Origin: Vicugna vicugna | Taxonomy: Eukaryota | NCBI GenBank assembly: GCA_013265495.1 | Contig: MU058423.1 | Coordinates: 9,037,627 to 9,101,626, forward strand | Length of the DNA stretch: 64,000 nt | Reading direction: 5' to 3' | Part shown: piece by piece, positions 40,401-55,400 of the stretch | Numbering within the stretch: the first letter of the stretch is position 1 | Layout: each line of letters opens with the position of its first letter | The notes under the pieces: model-generated | What the model was told of the DNA's origin: nothing | Seen by the model: only the letters and a program-made list of their open reading frames with translations | Database searches by the model: none | Translations under genes and position numbers: made by a program

Positions 40401-43400
40401 GAGGTTAAATGAGACAAAATACATGAAAGCCAACTAAAAACTGTACAAGGCAACACAAATATGTAATACTCAAAGCCATTTCCAGCCAACTTGAATAATC
40501 TCTGGAGGAGGCTCCAAGTTCCCCATATGAGTGAATGATGAAACGAACAGGAGCCAAAAGAAGATACAACAACATTAACATCTATTGGGCACCGATATGT
40601 GCCAGACACTTTACATGTAACCTGGAAAATAATTATTATTACTCTTATTTTACAGATGAGATAACCAGAGCTCAGAAGGGTTAAGTGTTTTGCCAAGGGG
40701 AGACAGCAAAGTTGAACTCTGGACTCTCTGACGTCAAAGCCCATGCTCTTTCTACTTTATCATGCTACATCGATCGATCCAAGTGCTAAGACAACACATC
40801 TTAACATTTCCTTTTTGTTTCCCCTAGAATCCGAACATATAATCACCTTCTAGTGGGAGAGGTTTCAGAGTCCTACCTAAACAACTCTTCTACAAAAGCT
40901 TCTGAGACAGAATCATACAGTTTCCATAAATGATTTATTTCCCTTTTGGTTGAAATATAACCCAAAGAACTTTAAATCCCATATGACACAGTATTTACAC
41001 ATAAAACTCTTTTCTTTTCTTCTTCTTCTTTTTTTTTTGTTGATGGAGGTACAGGGGATTGAACCCAGGACCTCGTACACGTTAAGCACACACTCTACCA
41101 CTGAGCTATAAATCCCTCATTTCACACATAAAACTCTTAATTCATCCTGTAAAATGCCCAAAATGAGCAGACAAATCAGAAAGCTCTAAATCTGATATAT
41201 TACAGGCCTAGTACTACTATGAAGAGTAATGAGTTGTAAACATAACGGATAGAAACTACTCAAAAGAGACTGTTTAAATGTTTGGGACCATGTTAAGCTA
41301 AGACTTAGTGGGTTCCTCTAGACATTATTAGTACATTTACATACCTGTTGCCACACCACACAGATGCTTTCCAATTCCTACTACAGGCAGTTTTTCTTTG
41401 CTTAGCAAAGGAATCTTGTCTGAAATAAAAAAAAATTGAGATCTGAGTTAGCTCTCTTGTGAGATAAGGCATTAAGTGGCCTCCCAAGGAGAGAACTAAT
41501 TAGAATCTTTGCATTTTAGGGCAGAAAGAGACACAAACAAAAAAATTCTTATTTTATAGCATGGAAATAAGAGGCTCAAAGATGGAGTGACTTGAGGATT
41601 AATGCAGATGGCTACTGACACAGCCAGAATCAGTTAAAATTTCTTCTCTTTTTCTTCTTTTCTTCCCTCCTCATCCCCAGCCAGTTCTTTACTCCCCAGT
41701 TTAAGTTTCTTGACTCTTAGGCCATTACTATTTCTTATATACCAACCCAGGGCTTTATCCTGTAGAAGCCTTATTTTGCTAAATTTTATTAACCTATTGT
41801 TAAAAGGACTCAAAACCTTTCCTACCAGATTTATCTTGCATAAATAACATATAGGATAAATACACATGAATAATACAATTAATGTTTTATATTATAGAAT
41901 ACTATTTTCAATATTATGATACACAAAAAGAGCTTTTACTAGATCTTAATGATCAGAATAAGATATTATCTTAGCTTTTCACACTGTTCTGAATAAAAGA
42001 AAATATTCGTAATAGTAGTGTAAAAGCAAAAAAAAAGATGTCTTCAAGGTAATGCAGTAAAATGTAGTATATCACAGTTAATGTTTCCATCTTTCCCCCG
42101 TATTCATTTTCCTTTTTCTAAGATTCTGACATGAAAAGTATGCTTCTCTGTACAAATCCAGCTACAGCACCCAGCACACTGAACTGTCCAATGGAGGTCC
42201 TCAGTAAATATTTCAAATTTTCTGTGGCTTGCTTTCAGATGGTATCACATGCTAGAAGAAATTGGCACCAAGTGGGAAAGTTTGCCTGTGTAAGGGAATA
42301 CAGAGGTTTAAATTAAGGCGGTTTAAGAAACTTACCAATCAAGGTGAAGAGAAAGGCTGTCTAAGAAAGCTCTTATGCTTGAAAATTACCTCATTTCTTC
42401 TCTCTCCTATTTCTTTGGGCTTAGAAAATAGGGCAGAACTTCTGGGCAATGATGGCAGATTGAATACAAGCATCTAGTTTGCTCCCTCCTAAAACCCCAT
42501 CAAAATGGGAATAAAAGGACTCTTAAAAAGCCATTCATAAGATGTGGAAGAAGAGAAAAGGAGATAAAAGTGGGAAACGCTGAGAACCCATTAAATTTAC
42601 TTCACAAATCTCCCGAAGGTTCACGAATTGGGGGCACCAGGTAACTTAGGGAGTCATTTGTAACAGAGCTGTGGTGGAAGGGCTAGTTAAGAAGCAGTCC
42701 TCCTCACCTCATAGCCACTTGGTGCAAAACTGCAGATTAATTCCCTGGAGCAAATAAAACAGGAGGTCACTAGACTGAGGACATAAGAAGTTGAAAGTTG
42801 AAGTGCGGTAAAAGAGCAGGATTAAGTGGGTGTGCATATGGATTAAGCTATTACTCCCTCCTGGGTCCCAGAATGTTGGTAACCTGACCTTTACCCTCCA
42901 GGCAGGTGATCAGCAGTCTTCTCTGGGCAACCCGACCAGCCCAAGAGGAAAGATCACATCTTAGGTAAGTCCAACTCTACCCGAGGATTGAGAGCTCTTA
43001 GTCCCTCAGGCTGAACTATGAACACACTGTCAAAAAGCACAGATGTTTGAGGACAGCCCCTACGTTGAAAAAGACCAAAACAAATGGAAAAGAGCAACTT
43101 AGAGAAAACAGAATACGAAGGGAGTATACTTCTTAAAAAGCTATCATTAATATCCTCACAAAGATGTTGCAAGCATGAAAAAAGAACAGGTTATACTAGC
43201 AAAGATAAATTCAGAGAAAAAAATCTTGGAAATTAAAACTATGCTAGAAGAAATTAAGTTGAAGAAATTTTAGAAAGTATAGGGAAAAGGCCAAAAGATA
43301 CAGAACAGAGAAGGCAAATCAAGTAAAGAACCATTCCAGGAGGTCAAATAACTAAATCATAGAAGTTCTTCCATAAAGAGAGAAAAGAGAAAATGGAGCA

Positions 43401-46400
43401 GAGAAAATTATGAAAGAAAGAATGCATGGAGCCTTCCCAGGAAGCTGAGAATGCTAGATCTCTAAATCGGGATCTCTCATCCTTGGCATTATTAATTTTT
43501 GGCCCCAATAATCCTTTGTTGTGGGGAGCGGGACTGCAGGCTCCCATCAGATGTTAGCAGCATGTCCCCTCTCATGACAAAGAGAAGTGTCTCAGACCTT
43601 GCCAGTGTTCCCTGGGGGCTAAAACTGCCTCTGGTTGAGAAAGACTGCTGTAAACGCAAGAGACCACCAAGTGCCCAGCACAATAGATAAAAATATAACT
43701 ACATCAAAACACATCACTGAGAATTCAGAATCCTGAGGACAAAGAAAAGAGCCTATGAATTTCTAGAAAGAAAAAGGCAGATTACATACAAATGATCAGG
43801 ACTCAGAATGGCACTGAATTTCTAAACAATAATACTAGTAGAGTAATAGCTTCAAAATTCTAAAGGAAAGTGATTTTCAACTTAGAAATAGAAATACCCA
43901 GCCAAATCAAGTGTAAGGGTAAAATAAAAGATATTTTCAGAAAATGCAAGGTTTCAAATTTCTCTCTATTACAATTGTTCCTCAGGAGGCTATGGGAGGA
44001 GGTGCTTGGCTCAAAGAGAGTAAATCAATAGAGGAAGATGTGTGATAAGATGCAGAAAAATAAATTCCAACCCAGGAGAGTGAGAGGAATCTGCAGGATG
44101 AGAAAGAAGAGAGTTTTAAGGTTGACCACTGTGCCCCAGGAATAGAAGGCATACAGTCTGGACTGGAACAAGTCTGAAGGATCCAGGAGAGAATTTTTTA
44201 GGAAGATGGAAACTTACAGAATACTTGATTGATGTATTAAAACAAATACATTTTAAAAAGATCAAGTAAACAAAATTATAGATTAATTATTAACTCAACA
44301 AACTTAATTTGCTACACAGGCCCGCTGTGGACTGCATCACAAGGCTGAGTTAAAACTAGTGGAAGAGGTTGCTGGCATACGTTTTTATTATTTTCATTTT
44401 AAATAATATGAAAAACTATTAAAAGACACAGAAAGGGCACTAAAGAGTATGATTAATGAGTGTGTGTGTGTGTTTGTGTGTGTATATGTGTATGAAATAT
44501 GAGTTCCACAGAGATGGGTGTTTTCCTTTGGTACAATTCAAAATTCTAGGCAGTTCTTTCACATATTAGCTAGGCAGGGAACTATCTCATCTCTTTAACA
44601 GTTTAGGTAAAGTCACGTTAACTGTAGGCAGAAGGCTAGCATATGGTATGAAAAGACACAGTAATTAATTAAAACAGGACAAAGAAACAACGTAAAGACA
44701 TATTATCAAAGCTTCTAAACTATTCCCTAGTATGACATTTCATTTCTAGTTGATACTGAAACATAATTTTTAAACTTTCAACTGTAATTCCATTTATATT
44801 TATATAAATGCTAGACATAACATTCTATATTAACAATGGATTAATTTTTGTTTTCCCTGAAGCACTGTTTTGCATGATTGAATTTCTAAGCAACCCTCAG
44901 AGTCTGAAACTTCTATGATTTATGGGAGGGCAACTGAAAGTTATGCAACTTACTCAAACACAAGTGTTGAATATCAATTTGAAGTCTCTCAAACACGGAA
45001 TTTTTCTTTCTGTGTTTGCCATCAACCTGCACAAAAGGAACATCATTATAACAATGGCTTTTAGGTAGAAGAAAGCTTTATGAAAATAGAAAGATTTGTA
45101 TTTGTTTACAAAATTCAGAGCAAATAATTTTCCATTGTTTTTAGTATTTGAAAAATAGAAGTATTAATTAAAAAATTAAAATTCTGTGATGAAGACTCCA
45201 AAATAATAACAGCAAACATTTTTATAAGGCTTGAAAATTTTATACGTTACTATGTACACATTATTTCCTTTAACTCTAAAAATTCCCACTTCACTGATGA
45301 AGGAACTAAAGTTCATAGATGACATACCCAGGATAATTTGCCAGTCCCTAAAACACTATTTTTGGCTGGCTCCTCTTCTTACACTCCCTGAAAGATTACA
45401 GTCATTCTAACCTGGTATCTATGTGCCTATGATTTATACATCTACACTGTGGCCCAGAACCCTTCTGATGAGCACTGACACAAATCCAGTGGTGAACTAG
45501 AAAGCTCTGCTTTCAAAACTGAACTCATCTGTCCCTTCAAACTATTTGTCTTCTTCCTCCTTCTATATTCAGTATGTCAGAGAAGAATGCCACTTAGTCA
45601 CTTGAGCCACAAAAGGTCACCAGAAGTAACTCCTCTTTCACACTTAATGGATAATCACCAAGTCTCCTGGCTTCCAACATCAACACATTTCTCACACCCC
45701 TTCCCTCCTCTCCATCTCACTGCAACCTCCTTAGCTCTGGCCCATTTCTTACTTGGATTGCTGGATAAGAACTGTCTTATTACTAATGTCCCTATTTCAA
45801 GTTTCAGACTCTTCTGATACAGCTTTAATGGTGCTGCTAGGATGAAGTTTTAAAACCCTTTTCTATTTTCTTTGTCAATTCTTATATATTCTTTCCATCT
45901 CCTCTCAGCTGTCACTTCCTCCAGGAAACCTTCAGTGACCCGCACTAGACTGAGGCTGCTGTTGTCTTTACACTCCTATGGCACCTGGTACTTACCATTA
46001 TCGTAAGACACTTAGGATAATGAACCAATATACTTATAATTCTGTCCCATTATATGTAAGCTTCTTGAAGTCCAGAACTAAATCCTTTTTCCAGTGTATC
46101 CCCAGTGTGTAGCTCGATAAAACCAAATTCCTTCCCCAATGAAACCTTCCCTTGTCTAGCCTGTCTCTCCCACCTAATCACTGCTGAACTCTACCTCCCA
46201 TCACACGGAAATGTTCCCATGTTTCTGGCATTTGGGTACATTGTTCTTGCTTCTTAGAATGCTTCTTAAACCCTGAATCTAGCAAATATCCACTTTTCAA
46301 GATATAGCTCTAACATCACCCTTTCTGTGTAGCCATTCACCATCCCTTCCTGCAATAAAACTTGTCACTCCCTCCTCTGAACCCACACTATACTCTGTGC

Positions 46401-49400
46401 AGACTTTTTTCATATTTTAGCACTTTTCTATAACATTTATTTATTTGTCCGTCTCTTCTTTTTAAATATAAGTGCAGAACATATGGACCGTGTCTCTTTT
46501 GACTTTACCCAATATCAATCCTGGAGCCAGTGCTACACTCCATAATTGTTTACTGAATAAATAGTAAGTGGCAGAGGTAGGTTAGGACCAAGATTTTTTA
46601 ACCCTTAGCTTGAGCTTGGCTCTTTCCACATATTTCCTTATCTCTGGAAATACTTTAGGAACTCAGATCAATGAACTATCAAAATTTAGATTAAGAAATT
46701 TACCTTCAGTTTAAGTCATTAATATAATTAGGATAAAAAGCTATAATCAAATAAACACACAAAAATTCATTTTCTTTAAGAGGTATGTTTTTGAGTATCA
46801 TTTTTTCTTTTTTTCAAACAAGAAGAGTGCAAAATATACTGCAATGGTTTCACTTACCTTGAATCTTGTGGTCACCTTTTCTACTAGGATGAAGTGAACT
46901 TCTTCAGCATCTTTTAAGGCAATATCAACCCAGTGAGATAATTTTCCCTTTCCTGCTCCAAACTCAACAAAGCATCTTCTTGGACCAAGTAACTTTAATT
47001 TTTCAATGTTACCTAAAATAGAAGCCTGCAAACTTCACAAGATTATTTTGTAAACTAGAGCAAACACATTTGGCTCAAATGGGAAAATAGCACAGTAACT
47101 TCTACATAGGGGAGCACATTGATAATTTCTGTTTGGCTTTAAAGTTTTTCTCTTGCTTTTAAATATTTAACATGTAGTACTCAGAATCATAACCATGCCA
47201 AAAATTCTTTATCTGTGTTTATACACATTTTTTGAAATGGAAAGATTCTGTATCCTGAAAGATAATCCAAACAAAATCTCAGTAATAACTACATTTAAAA
47301 ACAACAGCTTTTAACAAATGAACAAAAAGGCCATTTTCAGTAGCGTTACTATGGCTTAAACATACCTGCTGCTTCAGATGTTTGGTTGCAGAATCACCAT
47401 TTTTAGGGTCATGAAGGGCATCATGCAATGCTGGATGGGACATGATTTGATCTTTAAGTGTTGAGTTCAAACCTGTGCCAAATAGAAGCACAAAAGCTTA
47501 AGGAACCAAACATGAAACCACAGGGCTCTGAATAACGGTAGTAGTATCTTTTAAAGCACAGTGGAATTAACTCATATACCACCTGATTTTTCTAAAAAAA
47601 AAAGTTAACTTGCAACTTTAGGCAGACTTACCTTCACTCGCTTTTCTCAATTTCTTAATTAAGTTTTCCAACTGCTCTTCAGAGAGAGACGAAATTGGAA
47701 CCTATACACAAAAATGGGGTGTGAGCTGGTCTGGGACCCAACCACCACTCATAATGTTGACTCTATCAGAAATGCATTCTAAATCAAAACACTTAATTTA
47801 TTCCAAAAATTAGAACAGAGCTTATTCACAGTGTGGAAGTGTTCATAAATACTTTTTAAAATTAAAGGTAAATACTTACTAATTGTTCAGATATTTCTGT
47901 TTCATCTTTTAAGCCTGCATTAATATCTTGAATAAAGAAGTCCTTAACAAAACAAAACGAAAACATAACACTACTGTTATTAATGTGAAGAGTTCACAAA
48001 AATTAAACTGAAAAACTGATCCATCCCTTCTTCCAATACTCTGTACCTGCCATCCTCCCTTCCTCCCATTCATTTATTCATTAAATAATTATTCAGCATG
48101 TACTGCGGCCCTTCAATTGTCTCAGATGCTGAGGATTCACTACAGTGGAGAACAGAACAGACAAAAACCTCTGTGTTCATGGATCTTATATTCTAGTGAT
48201 GTGGTATTGTGAATAAATATTTATAGCCTGAAGAAATTCATTAGTAATTCTTACTGAAGTTTTTGTGTCTCCAGCATAGACTGTGGACTATGTCAGTTTT
48301 GCTTACAGTTTAAAGCAAAGACAACAAAAACAGAGTTACAAATGGCTACTTTTCAGATAGGTAGGTAGTATGATCAAAAACAGAGATACAGCACAACAGT
48401 TTAGGTCTGATTTTTCCTATTTTAAACTACTAATTAAAATAGAAAGTGGAAATGTCCTGTGATGCTATCTTATTTAAATTAACATAGTGAGATCTGTTTA
48501 GTCCATTTTTAGAGAGACAGACTTGAAGCAAGAATCTAGATCAGCACTGTCCAACAGCACTTTCTGCAATGACGGAAGTGCTCTGTATCTGTTCTGCCCA
48601 ACATGGTGGCTACTAGCCTAGAAGCATGGCTCGTGCGACTAAGGAACTGGATTTTCAATTTTGTTTAACTTTCATTAAGTGAAATTTAAATAGTTACACA
48701 GGGCTAGTGGCTACCACACTGAACCACGTAGATACAGATGAATGAAATAGTACTAATTTCACAATCTGTTTTGAAAGTGAAAACAACTCCCGGGACTTTA
48801 TGCATAAATGGGCTTGGGTTACACAGATGGTAGAAAGGTCACATGCTGACTGCGTGATGCTGCCTTTACCTACACGGGTAATACTAGCGACAGGCGATTA
48901 AGTGGAACAGGTGAAGACAGCGGGTATTTAGAATATTTTGTTGAATGACTGGCAAAACTACAATAGAAAATTAGCTATAACTATTAGTAAAGCAAAAGAG
49001 TGATAAGACTGTACCTGGTTCCAAGTTCCACGCCATAGATAGCGTACTAGATAAACACTGCGCTGCATTTTCCTCACATCCCACTGCTTTCCTCCCTTTC
49101 CTTTCCACTGTGTCCCAGCATGCAGTGGAATCTGCGCAGGGGGATTCCATTTTTAATAAACCCACTTCTCCTTTCAAACTTTTCTCGGAGCACATATTCC
49201 ACCTGCTTGCTTCAACTAAAGCTTGACACGTAGGTAAGGAAGATAACCTCATGCCTACTTGAAAGCAAAGGCAACATTCTTTCTTTTTTCTAAGGGGCTC
49301 ACTGGGGTAGTCATTATTTTTCTACACATCTTAATGCAAAAATATTTTCTTTTTCAACTTATGCCATCTGGCCTAATGATGCTTAATTGGGAGGCATTTG

Positions 49401-52400
49401 GAAACGTGTAAGGATACTTTGTTGTCAAAATGACTGAGAGGTGATGTTGGGAGACAATTATCCACAGGAATCTCAATTTTCTGCAAGTCTTACAAGCAAA
49501 GGCACCAACTCCCTTTATTCTAGACTATCTTTTCAAGGATATTTGCATACCAAGCAATCTTAGAAGAAACAGTGTCTCCTTCCAGAGCACATGGCAGGCC
49601 TGCTTACTGTACAGTATAATAAAGCAATGTCTACTTATGGAACAAAGCTCAGGCAGGTTTCCCTACTGCCTGTTTAAAAAGCTGTGTATTTCCTACGCTT
49701 GGGGTTTTTCAGCTATGACACAGCTATGCACAAATATGCGTAGCACTGATCAAGGCCCCTCCATCTCGAGGGAACTTAGGGAGCAAGAGGAACTGATGCA
49801 GAGAAGAAGCTCATGCTGCTTGCTGTGCACTGAGTAACAAAGCCCTTTGTCACTGACCCAGGAGTCTCGTATTTTCCACCAGCATCAACAAACTTGTAGC
49901 AAGGTAACTTGTTAGCTTGAAAATAAAATTTCAGATCCTTCAAACTTCTTGACAAGGGCCTCTGTCATTTGCCACTCAGAAGCCAGGAATGCTAAATACA
50001 GGGATGCGTTGAAGTGCACATGATATGACTGTCCCACTTAAAATGACAAAAGCCCCCACTGAGAAATACTGGGCTGTTAAATTTTCTTCTAAATCTAGCA
50101 GTTGTCGACTATCAATCTGTTGGTCATTATTCGATATTCATTAGGAATTTTGACATCAAGCTGCTCTTTCCACTAAGTTCAGCCAATCTGACCATGTTTT
50201 CAAGCCACCCAACAAATAGCTCTGTTGACCTTAATTCTAGTGACCTTCACTCCACTTTGGCAAACTACTTTAATGGGCCCTCTAGATTGGGCACTATGTT
50301 AGTACAAAGTACAGCGACTCTCTTGCTCCTAATCATGTTCTTTCACCTTTTAAAGGCCTCTATTTACTTTCCCTCAGCTAATTGATGGCTTCCCTTTTAT
50401 GCCATCCAGTCTGGACACTCAGTACTGTTGTTATCATCATCTTTCACAATCAGGTCCTTCCATCACACACACCCTTACAAAACCTAATGCCTGTGTTAAT
50501 ACGATTTTTAACTCCCAGTATCTGGCCTGCTGAACACTGCTGAAGCAAAACTGCTCAGTCATTTGGCCTGGTGCCAGTTCACACTCAGTGTCTCCATCTC
50601 AGTCTGACTCTCAAGGATGCCTGGCAATTCTTCTTCATAACTCTAATTCTAAACTTTTACCTCTCTACTCAGATCTCCTGCTACACCATCATCCCCCTCA
50701 ATCGCCTCATCTCTTTCTGAATTAACCCCCTGTCAGCTGAAATGTTCCTGAACCGATCCCTGTCTTTTACTCCTTCCCATCCTCCTCAGCGAAAGAGTTT
50801 TTTCTCTCATTGTTCCTGTCTACTTCTATTTTGTACCTTATCTCTGCTTGCTTCCTGGTGAACCTCACATTATCTATGATGTCTTCTTCTATTTCCAATT
50901 TCTTCCTCTCTGCTGGCTCATTACTCTAAGCACATAAATAAAACTAAATTTTCACCCATCTTAAAACATACTCCTTCTATCCTACCTTCCTCTCTGACTA
51001 CCAATCTAACTCTCCAGTTTCATTCACAGACAAGTTGCTTTAAAGAATAGGCTATGCTTGTGATTTCTACTACCTTATCTTCCATTTACTCCTGTGCCAT
51101 TTCAGTTTGATTTCTGCCTGCTCTACTCTATTACACATGCATTTTGCTAAACTCTTTCATCTTTAACCACCGCCATACTTTCAACCCAATGGATTCTCCT
51201 GTTCCTCCTTACTTGATTCCTCTGTGATGCTGGACACAATTGACCACTCTTTTCTTTTGAAATTCTCCTTCCCCTGTCTTCTGATATACCATGGTTTTGC
51301 TTTTTTTTTCTTTCTTTCCTACCTCTCCAGGCATCCTGTCTCAATATTTTTCTATGCTTCCTACTGGCAGTGTCACCTAGAGCTCTTTAATGTCAGTGTC
51401 ACCTAGAGCTCTGTCCGTGGTCTCACACTCTACTTCCTGCCTACCTCTCATCTTCTACTCTGTTCTCCCCTTGTATTCCATACTCATCATGTGAAAGGCC
51501 CAGTCTCAGACGAAGCTGTCTACTCTCTCACTTCTAGACCCTTATCCATGTTTTCTTCCTTATCTGGATGACCTCCCCTTGACCTTTAGGTCTCATCTGA
51601 TGACATTCCTTCAGAGAAGCTTCCCTGACTCCTTCCCCATCTCTCTCACCTGCTAAGTCCTCCCAAAAAAGGGTTAGGCTCTCCTCTTTTATTTTTCCAC
51701 AGCACCCTGTACTTAATCCATTTTAACACATATAATATTGCATCTTCTGTCTCTTCCACTAGACTGTAACGTTGTTCCAGGCAGGGTGCTTGGTACGATG
51801 CCTGGCATAAGTGTCCAGTTAATATCTATTGAATAAACAAGCTCTCACCCCTTCAATCTCTTACCCTGGGTAACTTAAAAGTCCAAAGCTTCACCTATGA
51901 TCTGTATGTATTGACTTCTAAATCTTTATTATTTGCCCAATCTTTCTATCAAATTTTAGACTCATGTATCCAACTCTGAATTTTCAATCAGTCACCAAGA
52001 TTTACTGATTCTGGTACCTAAATAATTCTTGAATTTACCTACATTTTTTCCATCCTGTTTAATTCAGTCTCTTTTCACATCTTTGCAGCAATGGCCCTAA
52101 CTAGTCCTTCCGACTCCAAGTCATCCTCCCACATTGCTCTAAGAGAAAGTTTTCTAAGAGATAAATCTAATACCATACTCTTGCTTGAAATCTTTCAGTG
52201 GTTCCTCATATCTTTCAGAACAAGTCCAAATTCCTTGACAACTTCATGCGCCTTCTCAGTTCCTGCCTCTCCATCTGGAAGGACTCTTGCTCCTTTTCTT
52301 TGCCAAACCAGGGCGCGGCACAAGTGTTACTCCCCCTGGGAAGCCTTACTTGACCCCTCGGATTTAATTTCAAAGCAAGTGTGTGCTCGTATCAAATGTG

Positions 52401-55400
52401 CTCGTTTCAAATCATTGAAATTATTAAAAAATATCCACTATTTACAAGTTTACTTACCAATCTCAAATAAGTTCCTTGGAAGGCTGGGATCATATTTAAT
52501 TGAAATAAATTTAGTAGGTACTAAGTAAATATTGTTTAATAAACAAATTGTGGAATTATTCTCTAAATACCACTCTTGTTGCATAAAATTCTATTATCTG
52601 AATTAGGACTTTCAGTAGATTCACAATCAGATGTCCTATCTCAAAGGTATTTGCCATATTTAAGCCTCCTGAGGCAAGAGCCTTGTTAAAAATTCACATT
52701 TGTAATCTACCAAGTATATATAAAGATTACATATCACACATTTCATCATTCAAGTGTTTTACCAATCAAACACTTACAGGTTTAGGCTTCTCTCTTGAGT
52801 TACATTTTTTCAAATGCTTTGCTAGTTGATCTTCATATACTGTGCTAAATATAAAGAAAAAACTATTTAAAATAAGACCATGATAATTACTGTTTTCAGC
52901 ACAGAAAAACCCTTCTCTGACCCATACTTACTGTTTTGGATCTAAAGGACATAGGATTCTTTTCCGAGCATTTTCTTCCTATTAAAAAAAAAGGATATAT
53001 TTTATTTGAATAAAATATCAAGTTTTTTGCTTTACAGATACTAAATATAACTTCAGTGTAAACATAAGCTTATACCATCCCAAAACAAGGTAAGGAAACC
53101 TTAAAAGGATATTAATAAAACAAAAATCAAAAACAACAATCTCCAGTGTAGTAAGGTATCACCTCATACCTGTCAGAATGGCTTTTATCAAAAATAATAC
53201 AAATAACAAATGTTGGTGAGGATGTGGAGAAAAGGGAATCCTTGTACACTGCTGGTGGGAATGTAAATTGGTGCAGCTACTATGGAAAAGAGCATTGAGG
53301 TTTCTCAACAAACTAAAAATGGAACTACCAAATGACCCAGCAATTCCATTCTGGGGTATCCATCTGAAAAAAACCCCAAATCACTAATTAGAAAAGATAC
53401 ACACACCCCAATGTTCATAGCAGCATTATTTACAACTGCCAAGATATGGAAGCAACCTGTGTCCATTAACAGATGAATGGATAAAGAAGATGTGGTGTGT
53501 ATATATAGTGTGTATACACACACACACACACACACACACGTACACGTATTTACATACAATGGAATATTATTCAGCCATAAAAATTAAAATTTGCCATTTG
53601 CAACAACATGGATGGACTTGGAGGGTATCATGCTAAGTGAAATAAGTCAGACAGAGACAAGTGCTATGATATCACTTATATGTGGAATCTAAAATATACA
53701 ACAAACTAGTGAACAAAACAAAGAAGAAGGGAATTATATTCAATATCTGTATATATGAAAAATATGAAAAGGAATATATGTATGTATATGTATGACTGAA
53801 ACATTATGCTGTACACCAGAAACTGACACAACATTGTAAACTGACTACACTTCAATTAAAAAAAAGGAAAAATAAACGAACAAAAAACAAAAAAGAAACA
53901 GACTTACAGAAAACAAACCAGTGGTTACCAGTGGGGAGAGAGAAGGGAGGAGGGGCTATATAGGGGTAGGGGACTGAGAGATACAAACTATTATGTATAA
54001 AATAAATAAACTACAATGATACATTGTACAACACAGGGAAGATAGCCAATATTTTCTAATAACTATAAATGGAGTATAACCTTTAAAAATCATGAATCAC
54101 TATATTGTACATCTGTAACATATACTATAACATCATATATACTTCAGTTAAAAAACGTCTCCAGTGGTAGCTGGTTTTTGCACATACGAGCAAATACTGC
54201 TTTGGAAAACAAGGGTTTATAGCTTCAAATAGGTTACAGAGAAGGTCTACATATAGAATTCTGAATCTATGATAGCACTGACAGTAACATACACTTATTT
54301 TAGACATTACTAAGAAAGAAAAAAATGCTGCCAATTTAAATTATGCCTTTTTTTGTTGATTTTAAGAAGCATTCTGACTTCAGAGATGTTAAAATGTAAA
54401 ATAAAAGTATCTCAGAAATAATGAAATACAAATCTTCCTTGAGTTACAATAGAGTTACATCCTGATAAACCCATAGTAAGTTGAAAATATCCTAAGTCAA
54501 ATATGTCTAACCTACCTACTTAGCCTATCTTAAACATGAACAGAACACTTAGATTAGCCTACAATTGGGCAAAGTCATTTAACAGCCTATTTTATAATAA
54601 AGCATTGAATATCTTACGTAATTGATTGGATACTGAAAGTGAAAAACAGAATGGTCATATGGGGACTGAATGTAAGCATATCAGTTGTTCACTCTCGTGG
54701 TGGTGTGGCTGACCTGGAGCCATGGCTCACCACCACTGCCCAGCACTGCATATCACCAGCCCAGGAGAAGATGAAAATTCAAAATTCAAAGGACGCTTTC
54801 TACTGAATGCCTATTGCTCCCGTAACACAGTAAAGTCGAAAAATCCTAAGTCGAACCATGGTACGTTGAGGACCATCTGTATTTTAACCATTTGGTATGT
54901 GATCATACTTTATTGGCTTTTCAACTCTTTAGTATAGAGGAGTTACATACTGTTCATTTCTAAGTTACATGGACTTAACTACATGCATTTGGGAAAAATA
55001 AAGGAATAGTGTTGGCAATTCTACCCAACATTAATATGAATCTGTATGTAATAGGATAGTATGATAGTTACAACCACTGGTTAGCCAGACTGCCTAGGTA
55101 TGATTCCCAATTCTATCTATCAGCTCCTAACTCTACAATCTGAGGTGGGCTTATTGCTTCATCTAAAAGATGAATATAACTTACCTCCTAAGGTTTGTAA
55201 AATTTAAGTGAACTAATAGTTGAAAAAAAAACTGCTTAGCACAGTGCTGTTCATATCGTAAATGCTAAGTAGCCACTATTATTATATTAATAATTCTTTT
55301 TTGAGTTTATTTCAGTTCTGATCTGCCTCCCAGCATATCCACAAAACTATGTACACTGAATTTCATGAACAAGAAGAGATTTTTCAGTATCTTTTTGAAA

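Noticed and set aside
52091..52528. 145-aa plus-strand ORF antisense in a TRMT13 intron
   Set aside because: Overlaps L2-like degenerate sequence; no protein family signal.
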